A DNA stretch of 64,000 nucleotides from Thermodesulfobacteriota bacterium (GTDB lineage Bacteria > Desulfobacterota > Desulfobulbia > Desulfobulbales > SURF-16): positions 1 through 64,000 of the forward strand of contig JBFMAY010000004.1 in the NCBI GenBank assembly GCA_040755455.1, written 5' to 3'. Both the position numbers and the translations under genes were made by a program. The notes beneath the pieces were generated by a model that ran no database searches, had not been told where the DNA came from, and saw nothing but the letters and a program-made list of their open reading frames with translations. Positions 10,520-21,054 of this stretch are shown piece by piece; position 1 is the first letter of the stretch, and the number at the start of each line of letters is the position of its first letter.

Positions 10520-11527
10520 CTATTGCGTATCACCTTCCATGAGCAACACCACCTTATTGCCGCCCTCGTTTTTCGCCACATGCAACGCCTTGTCCGCCAG
10601 GGAGAAAAAATCCTCATGGTTTTTCAGATTGTCCGCGTTATTTGCCGCCAGCCCCACACTGATTGAAATCTGACGGCCAACCTCGCCGTTATCAAAAACA
10701 AACTGGCTCATCTGGGTATGGATATTACGGGCAACCATTTGCCCTTCCACGGAATCGGCATCAGGCAGCAGCACGCCGAATTCATCTGCGCCGATGCGGC
10801 CGCAGATGTCGGTATTGCGCACATTGTTAACCAGGATGTCGGAGATTTCCTTTAACAGAAAATCTCCGAATTTTCTGCCGCAGGAAGAATTGATCTCCTT
10901 AAATTTATCTATGGTGAAGATCATGAAAACAAGTCCGCTGCCACGGCGGGCGGCAAGTCTGAATTCGCGGGCAAGCACCTCGGTAAAATGGCGGCGGTTG
11001 ATGAGGCCGGTCAGATTATCCTTGATCGCAAGCTCATTGAGCTTGTGCAGCATTTTCTTGCAGTCGGTGATGTCCCGGTAGATAACCAGACATTGCCAGA
11101 CAAAACCATGGTCGTCTTTGATGGGATATGCCGAGATGGAAAACCATCTATCGTGCAGGGTCGGTTCCTGGCGTTCGACATGACAGGGTTTGCCGGAATG
11201 AAAGACCTTACATGCCGGGCAGTGATTGGCGGGATTATTGATTTGATGGAAAACCTGAAAGCATTTCCTGCCGAGCAATTCCCCCTCGTCAAAATTCTCG
11301 CAGGTTGCCTTGTTGGCCCGGACAATTTTAAATTCACGGTCAACGATATACATCAGATCGTCAACTACATCGAAGGTTTCCTGCCAGAGACGGTAATGAT
11401 CAAGATGTCTGTCCAGACTGTTTCCGGTCTTGCCAGAACGTGCGGTCTCCTCAAGCTCCTCGATCCGCTTGCGCAATATGGCCACATCCTCAGCCAACTC
11501 TTCCCGAGATCTATCGCAATGCTTCAT
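10520..11527 (-). CDS. PAS-GGDEF domain protein (variant GADEF motif)
   Basis: PAS domain with KCFQVFH...CPAC; DNLTGLINRR, RNTD (RxxD), RIGADEF, AKNEGGN. Confidence 0.88.
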   Translation of the reverse strand: MKHCDRSREELAEDVAILRKRIEELEETARSGKTGNSLDRHLDHYRLWQETFDVVDDLMYIVDREFKIVRANKATCENFDEGELLGRKCFQVFHQINNPANHCPACKVFHSGKPCHVERQEPTLHDRWFSISAYPIKDDHGFVWQCLVIYRDITDCKKMLHKLNELAIKDNLTGLINRRHFTEVLAREFRLAARRGSGLVFMIFTIDKFKEINSSCGRKFGDFLLKEISDILVNNVRNTDICGRIGADEFGVLLPDADSVEGQMVARNIHTQMSQFVFDNGEVGRQISISVGLAANNADNLKNHEDFFSLADKALHVAKNEGGNKVVLLMEGDTQ

Positions 11528-11694
11528 ACCAGCTTATGCCCCTTCCCTGAAATGCGTTGCAACGCTTTCAAGCAATAGCCAGAATTGCAGAATCCGGCAC
11601 GGCAGAGAAAATTTCCGTCCACGGGTCAATGAAAATGAAGCAAAATAAAACAAGCCGTTGGAAAATTCCAGGAATAATTTATAATAATCGTCCT

Positions 11695-12363
11695 ATGCAA
11701 TCACAACAACTATGTCAGCGATGCGGTACATGCTGCAAAAACGGGGGGCCGATTCTGCACCGCCAAGACCTGGCGCTGGTGCAAAAAGGGATATTTTCCC
11801 TGGAGAATCTGGTGACCATCAGAAAAGGAGAGCCGGCCTTCAACCCCTTTACGGGAAAAGTTGCACCGGCTGCCCATGAAATGATCAAGCTGGCCGGCAA
11901 GGGAACAAGCTGGGAATGCATTTTTTATGATGCCGGCCAATCGGCCTGCATTATCCATGCGAACCGGCCCCTTGAATGCAGACTGCTGCAATGCTGGGAC
12001 ACCGGAAAGATCGAAGCAGCCTACGGCAAGGATTGTCTCGGTCGTTTTGATCTTATGGAGGACCAAAATCCCTTGGGGGACCATATTAAGCGACACGAAC
12101 AGCAATGTTCCTACGCTGTGGCGCTGCCGCTTCTGGACCATCTCTGCTCGCCGGCCCCAGGTGAGACGGACATGGAGCAATTAACCGGCCTCATGCAGCA
12201 GGACCTGTTGCTGCGGGACCTGGCCGTTTCCGCTTTTGGCCTCAGCCTGCAGCAGGAGCTGTTCTATTTTGGCCGGCCCCTCTTCCAGTCGCTTCAGCAT
12301 CCGCGTCTGCAAGTAACGACCATTGGCAACTCAATGCGGCTGCAATGGACCAATCATGTTTGA
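11695..12363 (+). CDS. YkgJ-family cysteine-cluster protein (CxxCxxCC)
   Basis: CQRCGTCC, ECIFY, CIIHANRPLECR; ATG 11695 lies just before the Cys cluster. Confidence 0.85.
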   Translation: MQSQQLCQRCGTCCKNGGPILHRQDLALVQKGIFSLENLVTIRKGEPAFNPFTGKVAPAAHEMIKLAGKGTSWECIFYDAGQSACIIHANRPLECRLLQCWDTGKIEAAYGKDCLGRFDLMEDQNPLGDHIKRHEQQCSYAVALPLLDHLCSPAPGETDMEQLTGLMQQDLLLRDLAVSAFGLSLQQELFYFGRPLFQSLQHPRLQVTTIGNSMRLQWTNHV

Positions 12364-12778
12364 CCGGACACCCTGGACCCTAACAGAAAAAATAGCAAAC
12401 CCTCTCCGACGAAACAAGCACTTAAATCCTTCCCGCTGTGTTTTTGATCAAAGCTATCATTTTAGACGTAATTAGTTCCGAACAAAGAAATCAATATTAG
12501 CCTTCCCTTCTTCTATCGTCCCGGAGACACGAATTTCTCCAAACGAAAAAAATGCCAGAAAAATTATAATAATAATTGAGGCCAAAAAAAATTACTAACC
12601 ACCGCGATTTTAGGAATTCTGAGATAAATTTCATACCGAACCCCCACGCCTTTTCATTTGTTTTCACAAATCGTAACGTCTTGCTTATTTGTTCGATCAA
12701 CATGTCGTGGAAACACCTTGCCACCTCTCCAGACTTACATAATGGAAGCATATCTTGTTTGCCGATTATCATCGACAT

Positions 12779-14431
12779 TCATAAACCGGCTTTGGCAAAC
12801 GAGGCGGCGACGATCTCCTTGGCCTCCTGCTGGATCAGTTTCAGATGCGTTTCGCCCTTGAAGCTTTCCGTGTAAATCTTGTAAACATCCTCGGTGCCGG
12901 ATGGTCTGGCGGCAAACCAGCCGTTAGCGGTGACAACCTTCAGGCCGCCGATGGCTGCCCCGTTGCCCGGCGCATGGGTAAGTTTGGCCTGCACCGCTTC
13001 GCCGGCAAGGGTTTTTGCCTCAACATCCTCAGGGGCAAGATGAGACAGTACCTTTTTCTGTTCAGCCGAAGCAGGGGCCTCAATGCGCTCATAGCGAGGT
13101 GAACCGAACTTCTGCTCCAGCTCCCGATAATGCTGCCCCGGATCTTTACCGGTGACCGCGGTGATCTCGGCCGCCAGCAGCGCCATGATGATGCCGTCCT
13201 TGTCCGTGGTCCAGACACTGCCGTCCCTGCGCAAAAATGTGGCGCCCGCGCTTTCCTCGCCGCCGAACCCGTATTCACCGTTAAACAGACCCTGGACAAA
13301 CCATTTAAAACCAACCGGCACTTCCGCTAACCGCCTGTTTATCCCGGCGGCAACCCGGTCAATCATCGAGCTTGAAACAAGAGTCTTGCCCACGCTGAGA
13401 TCAGCAGACCAGCCCGGGCGATGGGTAAAGAGGTAATTAATGGCTACAGCCAGGTAATGATTGGGATTCAGCAGTCCTGACCCGCGGGTGACAATGCCGT
13501 GCCGGTCGTAATCAGGGTCATTGCTCACGGCGATGTCGAACCTGTCCTTGAGCGCGATGAGCGACGCCATGGCATAAGGGGAGGAGCAATCCATGCGGAT
13601 CTTGCCGTCCTTGTCCAGGGTCATGAAGGAAAAGGTCGGATCAACCCGGTTGTTCACTACTTCAATAGCAAGGCCGTATCTTTCGGCAATCGCCGGCCAG
13701 AAGGCGATGCCGGAGCCGCCCAGGGGATCGACCCCGATCCTGACGCCAGCCTTGCGGATGGCCTCCATGTCAATAACCTCCTGCAAATCATCCACATAGG
13801 GCCGCACAAAATCATAGGCCACGGCCCGGGCGGAGGCAAAGGCCTCGGTCAGCGGCAGGGACCGCACACCTTTGAGCCCCCCGGCAAGCAGCTCATTGGC
13901 TCGTCGCTCGATCACCTTGGTGGCATCGCTGTCCGCCGGCCCGCCATGGGGTGGATTGTACTTGAAGCCTCCGTCCTCCGGGGGGTTGTGTGAGGGGGTA
14001 ATCACCACCCCGTCGGCCTGAATGCCGGAATGTTTCTTGTTCCAGCAGAGTATGGCATGGGACACCACCGGGGTGGGCGTGTATCCCCTGCCCTGCTGGT
14101 AGCAAACCTCCAGACCATTGGCGATAAAGACCTGCAGGGCGGTGGCAAAGGCAGGTTCGGAGAGACCATGGGTGTCCATGCCGACAAAGATGGGACCGGT
14201 GACGCCCTGAGAGAGACGATACTCGACAATCGCCTGGGAGACCGCCAGGATATGAGGCTCGTTGAAGCTCTTTTTCAAGGAACTGCCGCGGTGTCCGGAG
14301 GTGCCGAAGCTGACCTTCTGTTCATCCAGACTGACGTCCGGCGCATACTGGTAATAGGCGGCAATCAGCCGGGGGATATTGCATAAATTCTCCGGAGCAG
14401 CGGGTTTTCCCGCCTGGGGATGCAGGGCCAT
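12779..14431 (-). CDS. pgm: Phosphoglucomutase (alpha-D-glucose-1,6-bisphosphate-dependent)
   Basis: [49 protein letters not shown]. Confidence 0.97.
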   Translation of the reverse strand: MALHPQAGKPAAPENLCNIPRLIAAYYQYAPDVSLDEQKVSFGTSGHRGSSLKKSFNEPHILAVSQAIVEYRLSQGVTGPIFVGMDTHGLSEPAFATALQVFIANGLEVCYQQGRGYTPTPVVSHAILCWNKKHSGIQADGVVITPSHNPPEDGGFKYNPPHGGPADSDATKVIERRANELLAGGLKGVRSLPLTEAFASARAVAYDFVRPYVDDLQEVIDMEAIRKAGVRIGVDPLGGSGIAFWPAIAERYGLAIEVVNNRVDPTFSFMTLDKDGKIRMDCSSPYAMASLIALKDRFDIAVSNDPDYDRHGIVTRGSGLLNPNHYLAVAINYLFTHRPGWSADLSVGKTLVSSSMIDRVAAGINRRLAEVPVGFKWFVQGLFNGEYGFGGEESAGATFLRRDGSVWTTDKDGIIMALLAAEITAVTGKDPGQHYRELEQKFGSPRYERIEAPASAEQKKVLSHLAPEDVEAKTLAGEAVQAKLTHAPGNGAAIGGLKVVTANGWFAARPSGTEDVYKIYTESFKGETHLKLIQQEAKEIVAASFAKAGL

Positions 14432-14704
14432 TCCTTACCTCCTGTAACGGTTACGCGGCATATTGATTGAAATGTTTTCGAGTAATTTCATTATGTAATA
14501 AACAACATAACCGAACGGAATTCAAGCATTACATCCATCAGACAGGAAAAAGCTGCTTGATAAAAGAGGCATGGGCAACCGGTTTTAATAAGGAAGGCAG
14601 AATTGCCAGCGCGCAGAACTGGTATCCCAAAAACTGCCTGCTGGACGATGAGAAGGAAGCGCCTTGTTCAACCGGCACCGATATGGAAGATAAATGGAGA
14701 AGGG

Positions 14705-14746
14705 GGCTTCCAGTTTGCGTCTTAAATCCAACGCAAACCGGAAGCC
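14705..14746 (-). terminator. Hairpin downstream of the secreted-protein operon (probable terminator or 3' stem-loop)
   Basis: On the minus strand ggcttccggtttgcgt / 10-nt loop / acgcaaactggaagcc, a 16-bp stem with one G-U pair, ~30 nt after the stop at 14776; U-tail is weak. Confidence 0.6.
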
Positions 14747-14775
14747 GCTGTTATGATGTCCTGGGTGGTTATTGT

Positions 14776-16635
14776 CTATCTCAGACCTGGGATCTGGTAG
14801 GTGTGGGTATAGACGATGACCTGCAGATCATCATCCGACATGGCGGTGAAACCGGCGATATCGGAGGTCAGAGAAGGATCGATATTCACGTCGTGAAATA
14901 CCCTTTTACTGATCAAATCAACCGTTTCAACCCAGTTGCCGGAGCCGAGCGGTGTTTCTTCCAGGAACACAACATTGCCGTCATACTCATATGGCTCATA
15001 GTCATCGCGGCCCTCCCGTGCCTGGCCGCGATGCTGGCCAAATGTCTTCAGACGATCGTAGCCGCCCGTTTCCTCGTTATCGCCGGTTACCGTGTTATAG
15101 TTAAAATAAACAGGGTTCTTGGCGTAATCGACGACGAGCTTGCCGTCATCATCGTAGACCTTGCCGACCACCTTGTTGATGCCGAGAACTGAGTTGATAT
15201 AAACAATCTTATCGGTGGTTATATTGCCTTTCTTGTCCGCCGCGGCAGAAAAAAAGGAGGCGGCAAGCGGGAAATCAGCACCGGCACATTTATCAAGGTC
15301 GGAAGGTGTCACCACCCCCTGATACGCGACACAGACTTCGCCATCCGCACAAGGGACGGTGGAGATGACCATATTGCCCGTGTCATCCAGGTACAGGCTG
15401 CCATCCGCCTCCATTTTCATATAATAAGGGACAATATTTCCGGCATCGACCAGATGTTCGAGGCCAAACAACTTCATCTTCTCAATGTCAATGGTAGGCC
15501 GGGGGGCGTCCGAGGGACCATCTTCCAGATCAAGCAACTTATTGAGCGGCATGCCGCCATAAAGCGAATAATCAATGGGAAGCCTTTCCGCCGCCGGGGT
15601 GATCAGATGCCCGTCCTCCATGAGCTTGAGATAAAGGGCAAGATTCTCCTTGGGTGAGTCGATGGCCTTTTCCACATTTTCCTCCACCACAAGAGGCGTC
15701 CCATCCGGATTGGTGAGAAACTCGTCATAGATGTCCGTGGTGATCATCAAACGTCCCGAGGCGTCGATTTTGATGTCCTTGGCCGCGTTCAGCGAGCGGA
15801 TCGCCTCATCAAACGAGGCGTCCAATACGGCCTTGGGCGCTCTGGCCAGATTCAGCCTGCCGAACTCAACCTCCTGCACCAGATCAGCCCAGTAGATATC
15901 CTTATAGTAAGTGATGCCATTCCAGGTTTCCCCGTTAGCGAGAAATAATTCCGGCAACGGCTCACATTCGGTTCTCTTCCAGGTGGCATCATAGGTCATC
16001 ACCAGAGGGATACGGTTGTCGCTGAGATGTGATTTCTCATATATATCACCCCAGCGCTTTTCATCAGCCACCGGCTGCACGCATTGACTTGGCAACGGGG
16101 CGGGATAATAGATATTGCCCGTGGCCGGATTGTCGACAAATTCCCCGGTTTCCTCATCAATGATGGTGTAAACGGCAAACTCCTCGGTCAATTTCGGCTC
16201 GCCGCCCACGGCCGTGGCCGTTGTCCATTTTTGCCGCGCTACCGGGTAGGCGGAGGGTATCCCGTCAGGATCGACCCACGGCACCCATTCATAATCGGGA
16301 GTGCCATCACTTTTAAAAAGCGGGACATTCTTGGTTTCCCCGCCCTTATAGCGGTTCAGCCTGTACAGGTCACCGTAAAGAGCGCCGGAATCAGACATCT
16401 TGTCAAGCAGAGGTCCCTCAACGACAACCACCGGCTCCTCCTCCGTAACCACCGGGTCTTCCGTTGCAACCACCGGGTCTTCCGTTGCAACCACCGGCTC
16501 CTCCTCCGTCGTAACCGCCGGATCCTCCACGATATACACAGTTTTCTTGGCAAACAATGGCGCAGGAACCGCCAAAAAGGCGAAAACGGCGGGTAACAAT
16601 GCAAAACTCATCAAGCTGCTTCTCATCATTTTCAT
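14776..16635 (-). CDS. Secreted acidic hypothetical protein (~619 aa) with N-terminal 7-aa repeats
   Basis: ATG 16635 with AGAGGA RBS; Sec-type signal (MKMMRSS...PAPLFA); very D/E-rich; long uninterrupted ORF. Confidence 0.85.
   Translation of the reverse strand: MKMMRSSLMSFALLPAVFAFLAVPAPLFAKKTVYIVEDPAVTTEEEPVVATEDPVVATEDPVVTEEEPVVVVEGPLLDKMSDSGALYGDLYRLNRYKGGETKNVPLFKSDGTPDYEWVPWVDPDGIPSAYPVARQKWTTATAVGGEPKLTEEFAVYTIIDEETGEFVDNPATGNIYYPAPLPSQCVQPVADEKRWGDIYEKSHLSDNRIPLVMTYDATWKRTECEPLPELFLANGETWNGITYYKDIYWADLVQEVEFGRLNLARAPKAVLDASFDEAIRSLNAAKDIKIDASGRLMITTDIYDEFLTNPDGTPLVVEENVEKAIDSPKENLALYLKLMEDGHLITPAAERLPIDYSLYGGMPLNKLLDLEDGPSDAPRPTIDIEKMKLFGLEHLVDAGNIVPYYMKMEADGSLYLDDTGNMVISTVPCADGEVCVAYQGVVTPSDLDKCAGADFPLAASFFSAAADKKGNITTDKIVYINSVLGINKVVGKVYDDDGKLVVDYAKNPVYFNYNTVTGDNEETGGYDRLKTFGQHRGQAREGRDDYEPYEYDGNVVFLEETPLGSGNWVETVDLISKRVFHDVNIDPSLTSDIAGFTAMSDDDLQVIVYTHTYQIPGLR
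16427..16531. repeat. Intragenic 21-bp tandem repeat (about 5 units, 2 identical)
   Basis: accaccgggtcttccgttgca x2 flanked by accaccggctcctcctccgt variants; encodes EDPAVTTEEEPVVATEDPVVATEDPVVTEEEPVV. Confidence 0.9.
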
Positions 16636-16798
16636 AATACAATTCCTCTCTTTTACATTTTCTAGTTCATAGTGTTTAGAGAACGTTCTCGAAATCCCCG
16701 GGCAAATATTGCAACTGAACACGAAATGCCTGCTGAAATCGCCATATCAGGCCATAAAACCAAGGCCTTCCCCGTTATTATCCCCATGCCGTTTCTTT

Positions 16799-17827
16799 TT
16801 ATTCCTCCGTGGTTTCGTGGCTGATATAGATATCCACGTATGACCTGCTGGGAGACACGAGCACCGGCGCATAGGTAGCCGCTGTTGTGTCTGATGCATC
16901 AAGCGTGGCGAGCGATGTGTTGCACGGGACGGAGAACTCCTCCTTGATGATGAATTTGCCCTGGGTAATGGAGTAATTCGCCTCCTCATCGAGACTGAAA
17001 CTCAGCCGGTACCATCCTGAGCGGTCCACATCAGGGTCTTGCTGCATCAGGGCCAGATTCCAGTTGTACAGATAAACAATCTTGCCCGGGCCATCAATGG
17101 TGGCTGAATACCATACCGGCCTGCCCGGCGCGCCAAAGCCATCGTAAACCGCACTGTCGAAAAGGGTTGCCTGCACAACAGCGCCTACGCCCGGCTGGTC
17201 TATCTTCTGGATGGTGAGCCGGGCACAGATGCTATAGACGGTCGTCCTGCCGGATTGATAAGTGGCGCCGGTTGTCCCCCAGAGCTCGTCCACCACTTCA
17301 TCGGAGGTAATGACCACCGAGGATTCCTCCTCAGTGAGCAGGGTCAGGTCACAAGGAAGAATACCGGCGGGCAGGGAATTCATCTGATAGCCGGTCATCC
17401 TCTCCTGTTCAGCCAGATCCTTATAGAGAGTTATCCCCACCGGGATGACTGACATTTCGTCCCAGTTCTTGCCTACGACCTCCTGGGACCAGTCCACGGT
17501 CACGGACACCGGAATAGGATCCGTTGTCAGCAGGGCATCGGCACTCCACTGTGCCTGCCAGAGGCTATCGGTCGCCTGCAGAAAGTACTCCACTCCCTGA
17601 TAGCAATATGCTGTTCCCCAGGTGGGAGTCAGACCTCCAGGCAAACCTGATTTTTCATAGGCCGGCATGCCTGTCATGCCGTAGCCTTCGGCAAAGATGG
17701 CCGGCACGGAAAGATTATTTGCCACCTCTTCTTCAGCTGCGGCATTGAATGAGGTTGTTGCCAGGAGTAAAAGGCCGGTAGAAGCGATTGCAAGAACGGA
17801 TGGTTTCAATTTATGTCTTTTCATCAT
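16799..17827 (-). CDS. Secreted acidic hypothetical protein (342 aa)
   Basis: RBS AAAGGAGA; signal peptide MMKRHKLK...FNAAA; co-oriented with its neighbours. Confidence 0.85.
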   Translation of the reverse strand: MMKRHKLKPSVLAIASTGLLLLATTSFNAAAEEEVANNLSVPAIFAEGYGMTGMPAYEKSGLPGGLTPTWGTAYCYQGVEYFLQATDSLWQAQWSADALLTTDPIPVSVTVDWSQEVVGKNWDEMSVIPVGITLYKDLAEQERMTGYQMNSLPAGILPCDLTLLTEEESSVVITSDEVVDELWGTTGATYQSGRTTVYSICARLTIQKIDQPGVGAVVQATLFDSAVYDGFGAPGRPVWYSATIDGPGKIVYLYNWNLALMQQDPDVDRSGWYRLSFSLDEEANYSITQGKFIIKEEFSVPCNTSLATLDASDTTAATYAPVLVSPSRSYVDIYISHETTEE

Positions 17828-18166
17828 TCATTCTCCTTTCTTTAATCTCATCATTTCAATTGATTTTAAATTTTTATCACCAGGCTTGTTGTTAATTTTA
17901 TTTTCTCTGTTTCGTCGATTACCCCTCTGTCTACAAGACTTACTTATAAAAAAAGGAAACGGGCAGAATTGAGTTTCCATTTCCGCCGGCACTGCTGAAC
18001 TGAGAACAATGATCTGCACCAATCAAACAGGCCGCCAGATCCGCAGGCAAAGGGCTGGACCAATGCACACGAAACCCAATGCTAAAAAATCAGCAATCCG
18101 CCAGGCACGGCAAGTTGCACCACCGGCCAGGCCTGCGATGGCCTTGGTAGTCATTGCAGGCCAAGG

Positions 18167-18535
18167 TTATTTGTTGCCATTTTGGCCAAGGGCGCCCTGA
18201 CGCAATTCAATGTCGTTGAGATCACAGGCCATGAGCTTGCCTGTGAGAGGGCACTCGTGGGCATTGATGATTACATCCAGACCTACGACGACATCTAAAA
18301 CTCCCCATTTGTCAAGGTATGACAATGGAATACCGAAGACAGTGGTAATGGTTGCATCCGTGGCATCACAATCAAGAGAAACGTCAATGGAGTTGGTGTC
18401 ATAATCAATTGCACAGATCTCTCCGGTCACCAGGGTGCTGCAATCAAGATCCTCTTTTGCCCAAACCGGCTGGGCAGCGACAAAGCATGCAGCCACCACC
18501 AGAACCCCAAAAATTTTACTTATCGAACCCTTCAC
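18167..18535 (-). CDS. Small secreted Cys-containing hypothetical protein (possible OB-type beta-barrel)
   Basis: GTG start with strong RBS AAGGAGGT; signal peptide ending PVWA; 5 Cys in the mature part; alternating hydrophobic beta-strand pattern. Confidence 0.8.
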   Translation of the reverse strand: MKGSISKIFGVLVVAACFVAAQPVWAKEDLDCSTLVTGEICAIDYDTNSIDVSLDCDATDATITTVFGIPLSYLDKWGVLDVVVGLDVIINAHECPLTGKLMACDLNDIELRQGALGQNGNK

Positions 18536-19009
18536 GATTCTACCTCCTTGTCAATTTGTTGTGTTTGTGGGTTTATTTCCTCTTCATTTGTTTCGTAGCA
18601 ACCAGGCTCTCACTCTCGCTACCCGTTTCCTAACAATACTTTTCCCGGTTCTTCGGAAAATCGTTTTCCATCCTCTGCATTCGAGGAAAAGTAAAATGCA
18701 TACGATTATGCAGACCAGATGATCATTCAATATGACAGGTAATATCTTACTTCGAGCTTACAAAAAAAAAATTTCTCAAAAAAAATGACAAAAACTTTAA
18801 TTGCTTGTTTTAATAAATTTTTTTTTATTTGTTGTTATTGACTACAATGAAAGGGAATGCTGTTTTTCCGGTTTTTCCAAACAGCATCAAACGATCGTGA
18901 TTCCGATTAAATCAGTTATGGGCGGATTTTATTTATTTTCTTCTGCGGGAGGCGTATTATACTTGAGTGAAACGTTCGGATAATAAAATTCACATGCAAG
19001 GATGTGGCA

Positions 19010-19585
19010 ATGAGCCGTGGGAAAATACATCAATATACTGTTCGTTGGGATCTTCTGCTTTTTCTCATCAGTTTTCTTGTTGTCAGCTGCGGACAGCAAC
19101 CAGAAAAATATCCGGAAAAGGCTACGGTAAACAGTCCTGCTCCCAATTTCACCCTTACTGATATCCAGGGTCACAAGTGGCAACTCGCCGACCTGCGCGG
19201 CAAGCTGGTTTTCGTAAATTTCTGGGCAACATGGTGCCCTCCTTGCCAGGAGGAATTGCCTTCGATGGAAGCACTCAACCGGGGCATGGACAAAGGCAAG
19301 TTTCAGATGCTGACCATTTTAAGCAACGACAATCCGGACTTTGCCAAAACGATCGCGGGCAAGATCGGCCTTACCTTCCCGATTCTCATTGATCCCGGCT
19401 CCAAGGGAGCTGCTCAGTATGGTATTACCGGAGTGCCGGAAACCTTTATTATCGATCCGCAGGGAATTTTACGGGAAAAGATCATTGGGCCACGAAACTG
19501 GAACTCTCCGGCTGCCTGGCAGATGCTTAGCAAATATCTTCCGCACCCGACCGGGGCCAGCGCTGGCACAAAAAACTCGCAATAA
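19010..19585 (+). CDS. TlpA/ResA-like thiol-disulfide oxidoreductase, probable lipoprotein
   Basis: Lipobox-like VVSC; APNFTL, VNFWATWCPPC.EELP, YGITGVPETFIID. Confidence 0.92.
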   Translation: MSRGKIHQYTVRWDLLLFLISFLVVSCGQQPEKYPEKATVNSPAPNFTLTDIQGHKWQLADLRGKLVFVNFWATWCPPCQEELPSMEALNRGMDKGKFQMLTILSNDNPDFAKTIAGKIGLTFPILIDPGSKGAAQYGITGVPETFIIDPQGILREKIIGPRNWNSPAAWQMLSKYLPHPTGASAGTKNSQ

Positions 19586-20369
19586 CGGAAAAGAAATTTT
19601 CCCCCTCACCCACTCGCCGGCACTGTCAGATGGGAGGCAACTCTTTCCGTAAAGAAGCGCCTCTCCGGCCCTTTTGCTTATCTTGGCGGGTCAGCTGCGG
19701 GCAACATAAATCCGCCCCACCCATTTATTGCGTCTTCCCACCACTGCCTTACCCATTCGCTTCGCCTTGAAAAATGATCCCCACAAACTCCTCGGGACAG
19801 AACTGGACTCAATGGGAGTGCAAAATGAGACTAATCTGCAAATGGGCGGGACGCTTGCGCAAGACAGGAGAAATACCTGCTGTTCCAGACAAACAGCAGT
19901 GATGAATTATCAACCAAAAGGGACGAATAACAAAAAAAAGGTGCTATTATCCTATTATTATTACAAATATGTTGCCGGCAATGATTGACATATTTTTTTG
20001 AAAGTGCGTAAATAAAGTAGTCTGCACTGACACTTGGAATCAAACACATCGCAAAGCTGCCTTCCTTGCAGGGTGTGGGGAAACAGATGGACAATGACGG
20101 ATATATTATGCAACTTGCCTCTGGGGAGGCGCAACAAGTCCTGAAAATTAACAAATTTTCCTTCGGGGGCAATCATGTCTGCGAATTTGCTCGATCTGCC
20201 AAGATAAGGCAAACGAAAAAACAGTCCTCCCGGGCAACGGAAACACGACTCACCTCTGCTGTGATCGCCGGTTTATAAATTAATGTTTGTTTCACGTCCT
20301 GATATCGCAACATGTGATGATGCGCTCCATCAAGGCATGGAATTCACTCAGAGAAAAACCCTGGACTAT

Positions 20370-20477
20370 TTAGGAGCCGTTACGAAAAATAACTTGCTCT
20401 CTTTGTAACTCTTTCACTACGGCTCCTTATGCCGTTCTGGGCTTCAGATGGCCATGTTATGTATTTACAAAGACTTA
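20370..20477 (-). repeat. Dispersed ~105 bp element, copy 2 (inverted)
   Basis: Reverse complement reads taagtctttgtaaatacataacatggccatctgaagcccagaacggcataaggagccgtagtgaaag...tttcgtaacggctcctaa. Confidence 0.85.
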
Positions 20478-20592
20478 GCAATATTTTCCCATCCAGCCTA
20501 CGGTATTGGCCGGAATATTGCCGCGACAAAGGCATTCTGCCTCTCCATGAAGGGAAATCGGTAACCTGCAAAATTTCTTCAGTAAAACAACT

Positions 20593-21054
20593 ATGAACCA
20601 GACAAATTGCTATTGTATTTTCAGGATTGACGACCAATTGTTTGGCGTGGCTGTTGCTAAAGTGGAAAAGATTATTCGGGCGGCAGCTGTTACCCTCCTG
20701 CCCGATGTCCCTGATACGATCGTTGGCCTGCTGAATGTGGAAGGCCGCATACTACCGGTTGTTAATATTCGAAAAAAATGGCATCTGCCGGAACGCGGCA
20801 TGGAAATTGATGACCGTATCATTCTCTTCAAAGCCCGCACGCTCCTCAGTTTTATTGTTAACGGGGTGGAAGGCGTTGTCCAATTAGATGATCTGGAATT
20901 CCATCAGGCCGAAGAAATTCACCCAGGTTTGCAGCATTATATTGAAGGTATTGGGAGGTTCGACAACAACAGTGTGATTATTGTTGATATGGTCCGTTTT
21001 TTCAACGATCAGGAATTCAGCTATATGGAAAAAATCACGGCGGATCATGGATAA
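20593..21054 (+). CDS. cheW: CheW adaptor
   Basis: FRIDDQLFGV, LPDVPDTIVGLLNVEGRILPVVNIR, IEGIGR. Confidence 0.88.
   Translation: MNQTNCYCIFRIDDQLFGVAVAKVEKIIRAAAVTLLPDVPDTIVGLLNVEGRILPVVNIRKKWHLPERGMEIDDRIILFKARTLLSFIVNGVEGVVQLDDLEFHQAEEIHPGLQHYIEGIGRFDNNSVIIVDMVRFFNDQEFSYMEKITADHG

Noticed and set aside
11652..11665. aagccgttggaaaa as a fifth repeat copy
   Set aside because: Only ~9 nt match the left end; the central and right-end motifs are missing.
12364..12778. Short ORFs in the AT-rich gap between the YkgJ gene and pgm
   Set aside because: No RBS or recognisable motif; low-complexity composition; treated as intergenic.
14705..14746. acgcaaa-containing hairpin as a c-di-GMP-I riboswitch
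   Set aside because: Single stem at the 3' end of a gene; lacks the two-stem GEMM architecture and GNRA tetraloop.
16427..16531. Tandem repeats as a CRISPR array
   Set aside because: Units are contiguous 21-mers without spacers, in frame within a CDS, and there are no cas genes in the window.
18102..18119. Sigma54 promoter aggcacggcaagttgca
   Set aside because: GG-to-GC spacing is 11 rather than 10, and it points away from the local genes.
18167..18535. Magnetosome (MamS/MamX-like) assignment for the small secreted protein
   Set aside because: Only a vague OB-fold-like pattern; no magnetosome genes are recognisable in the window.
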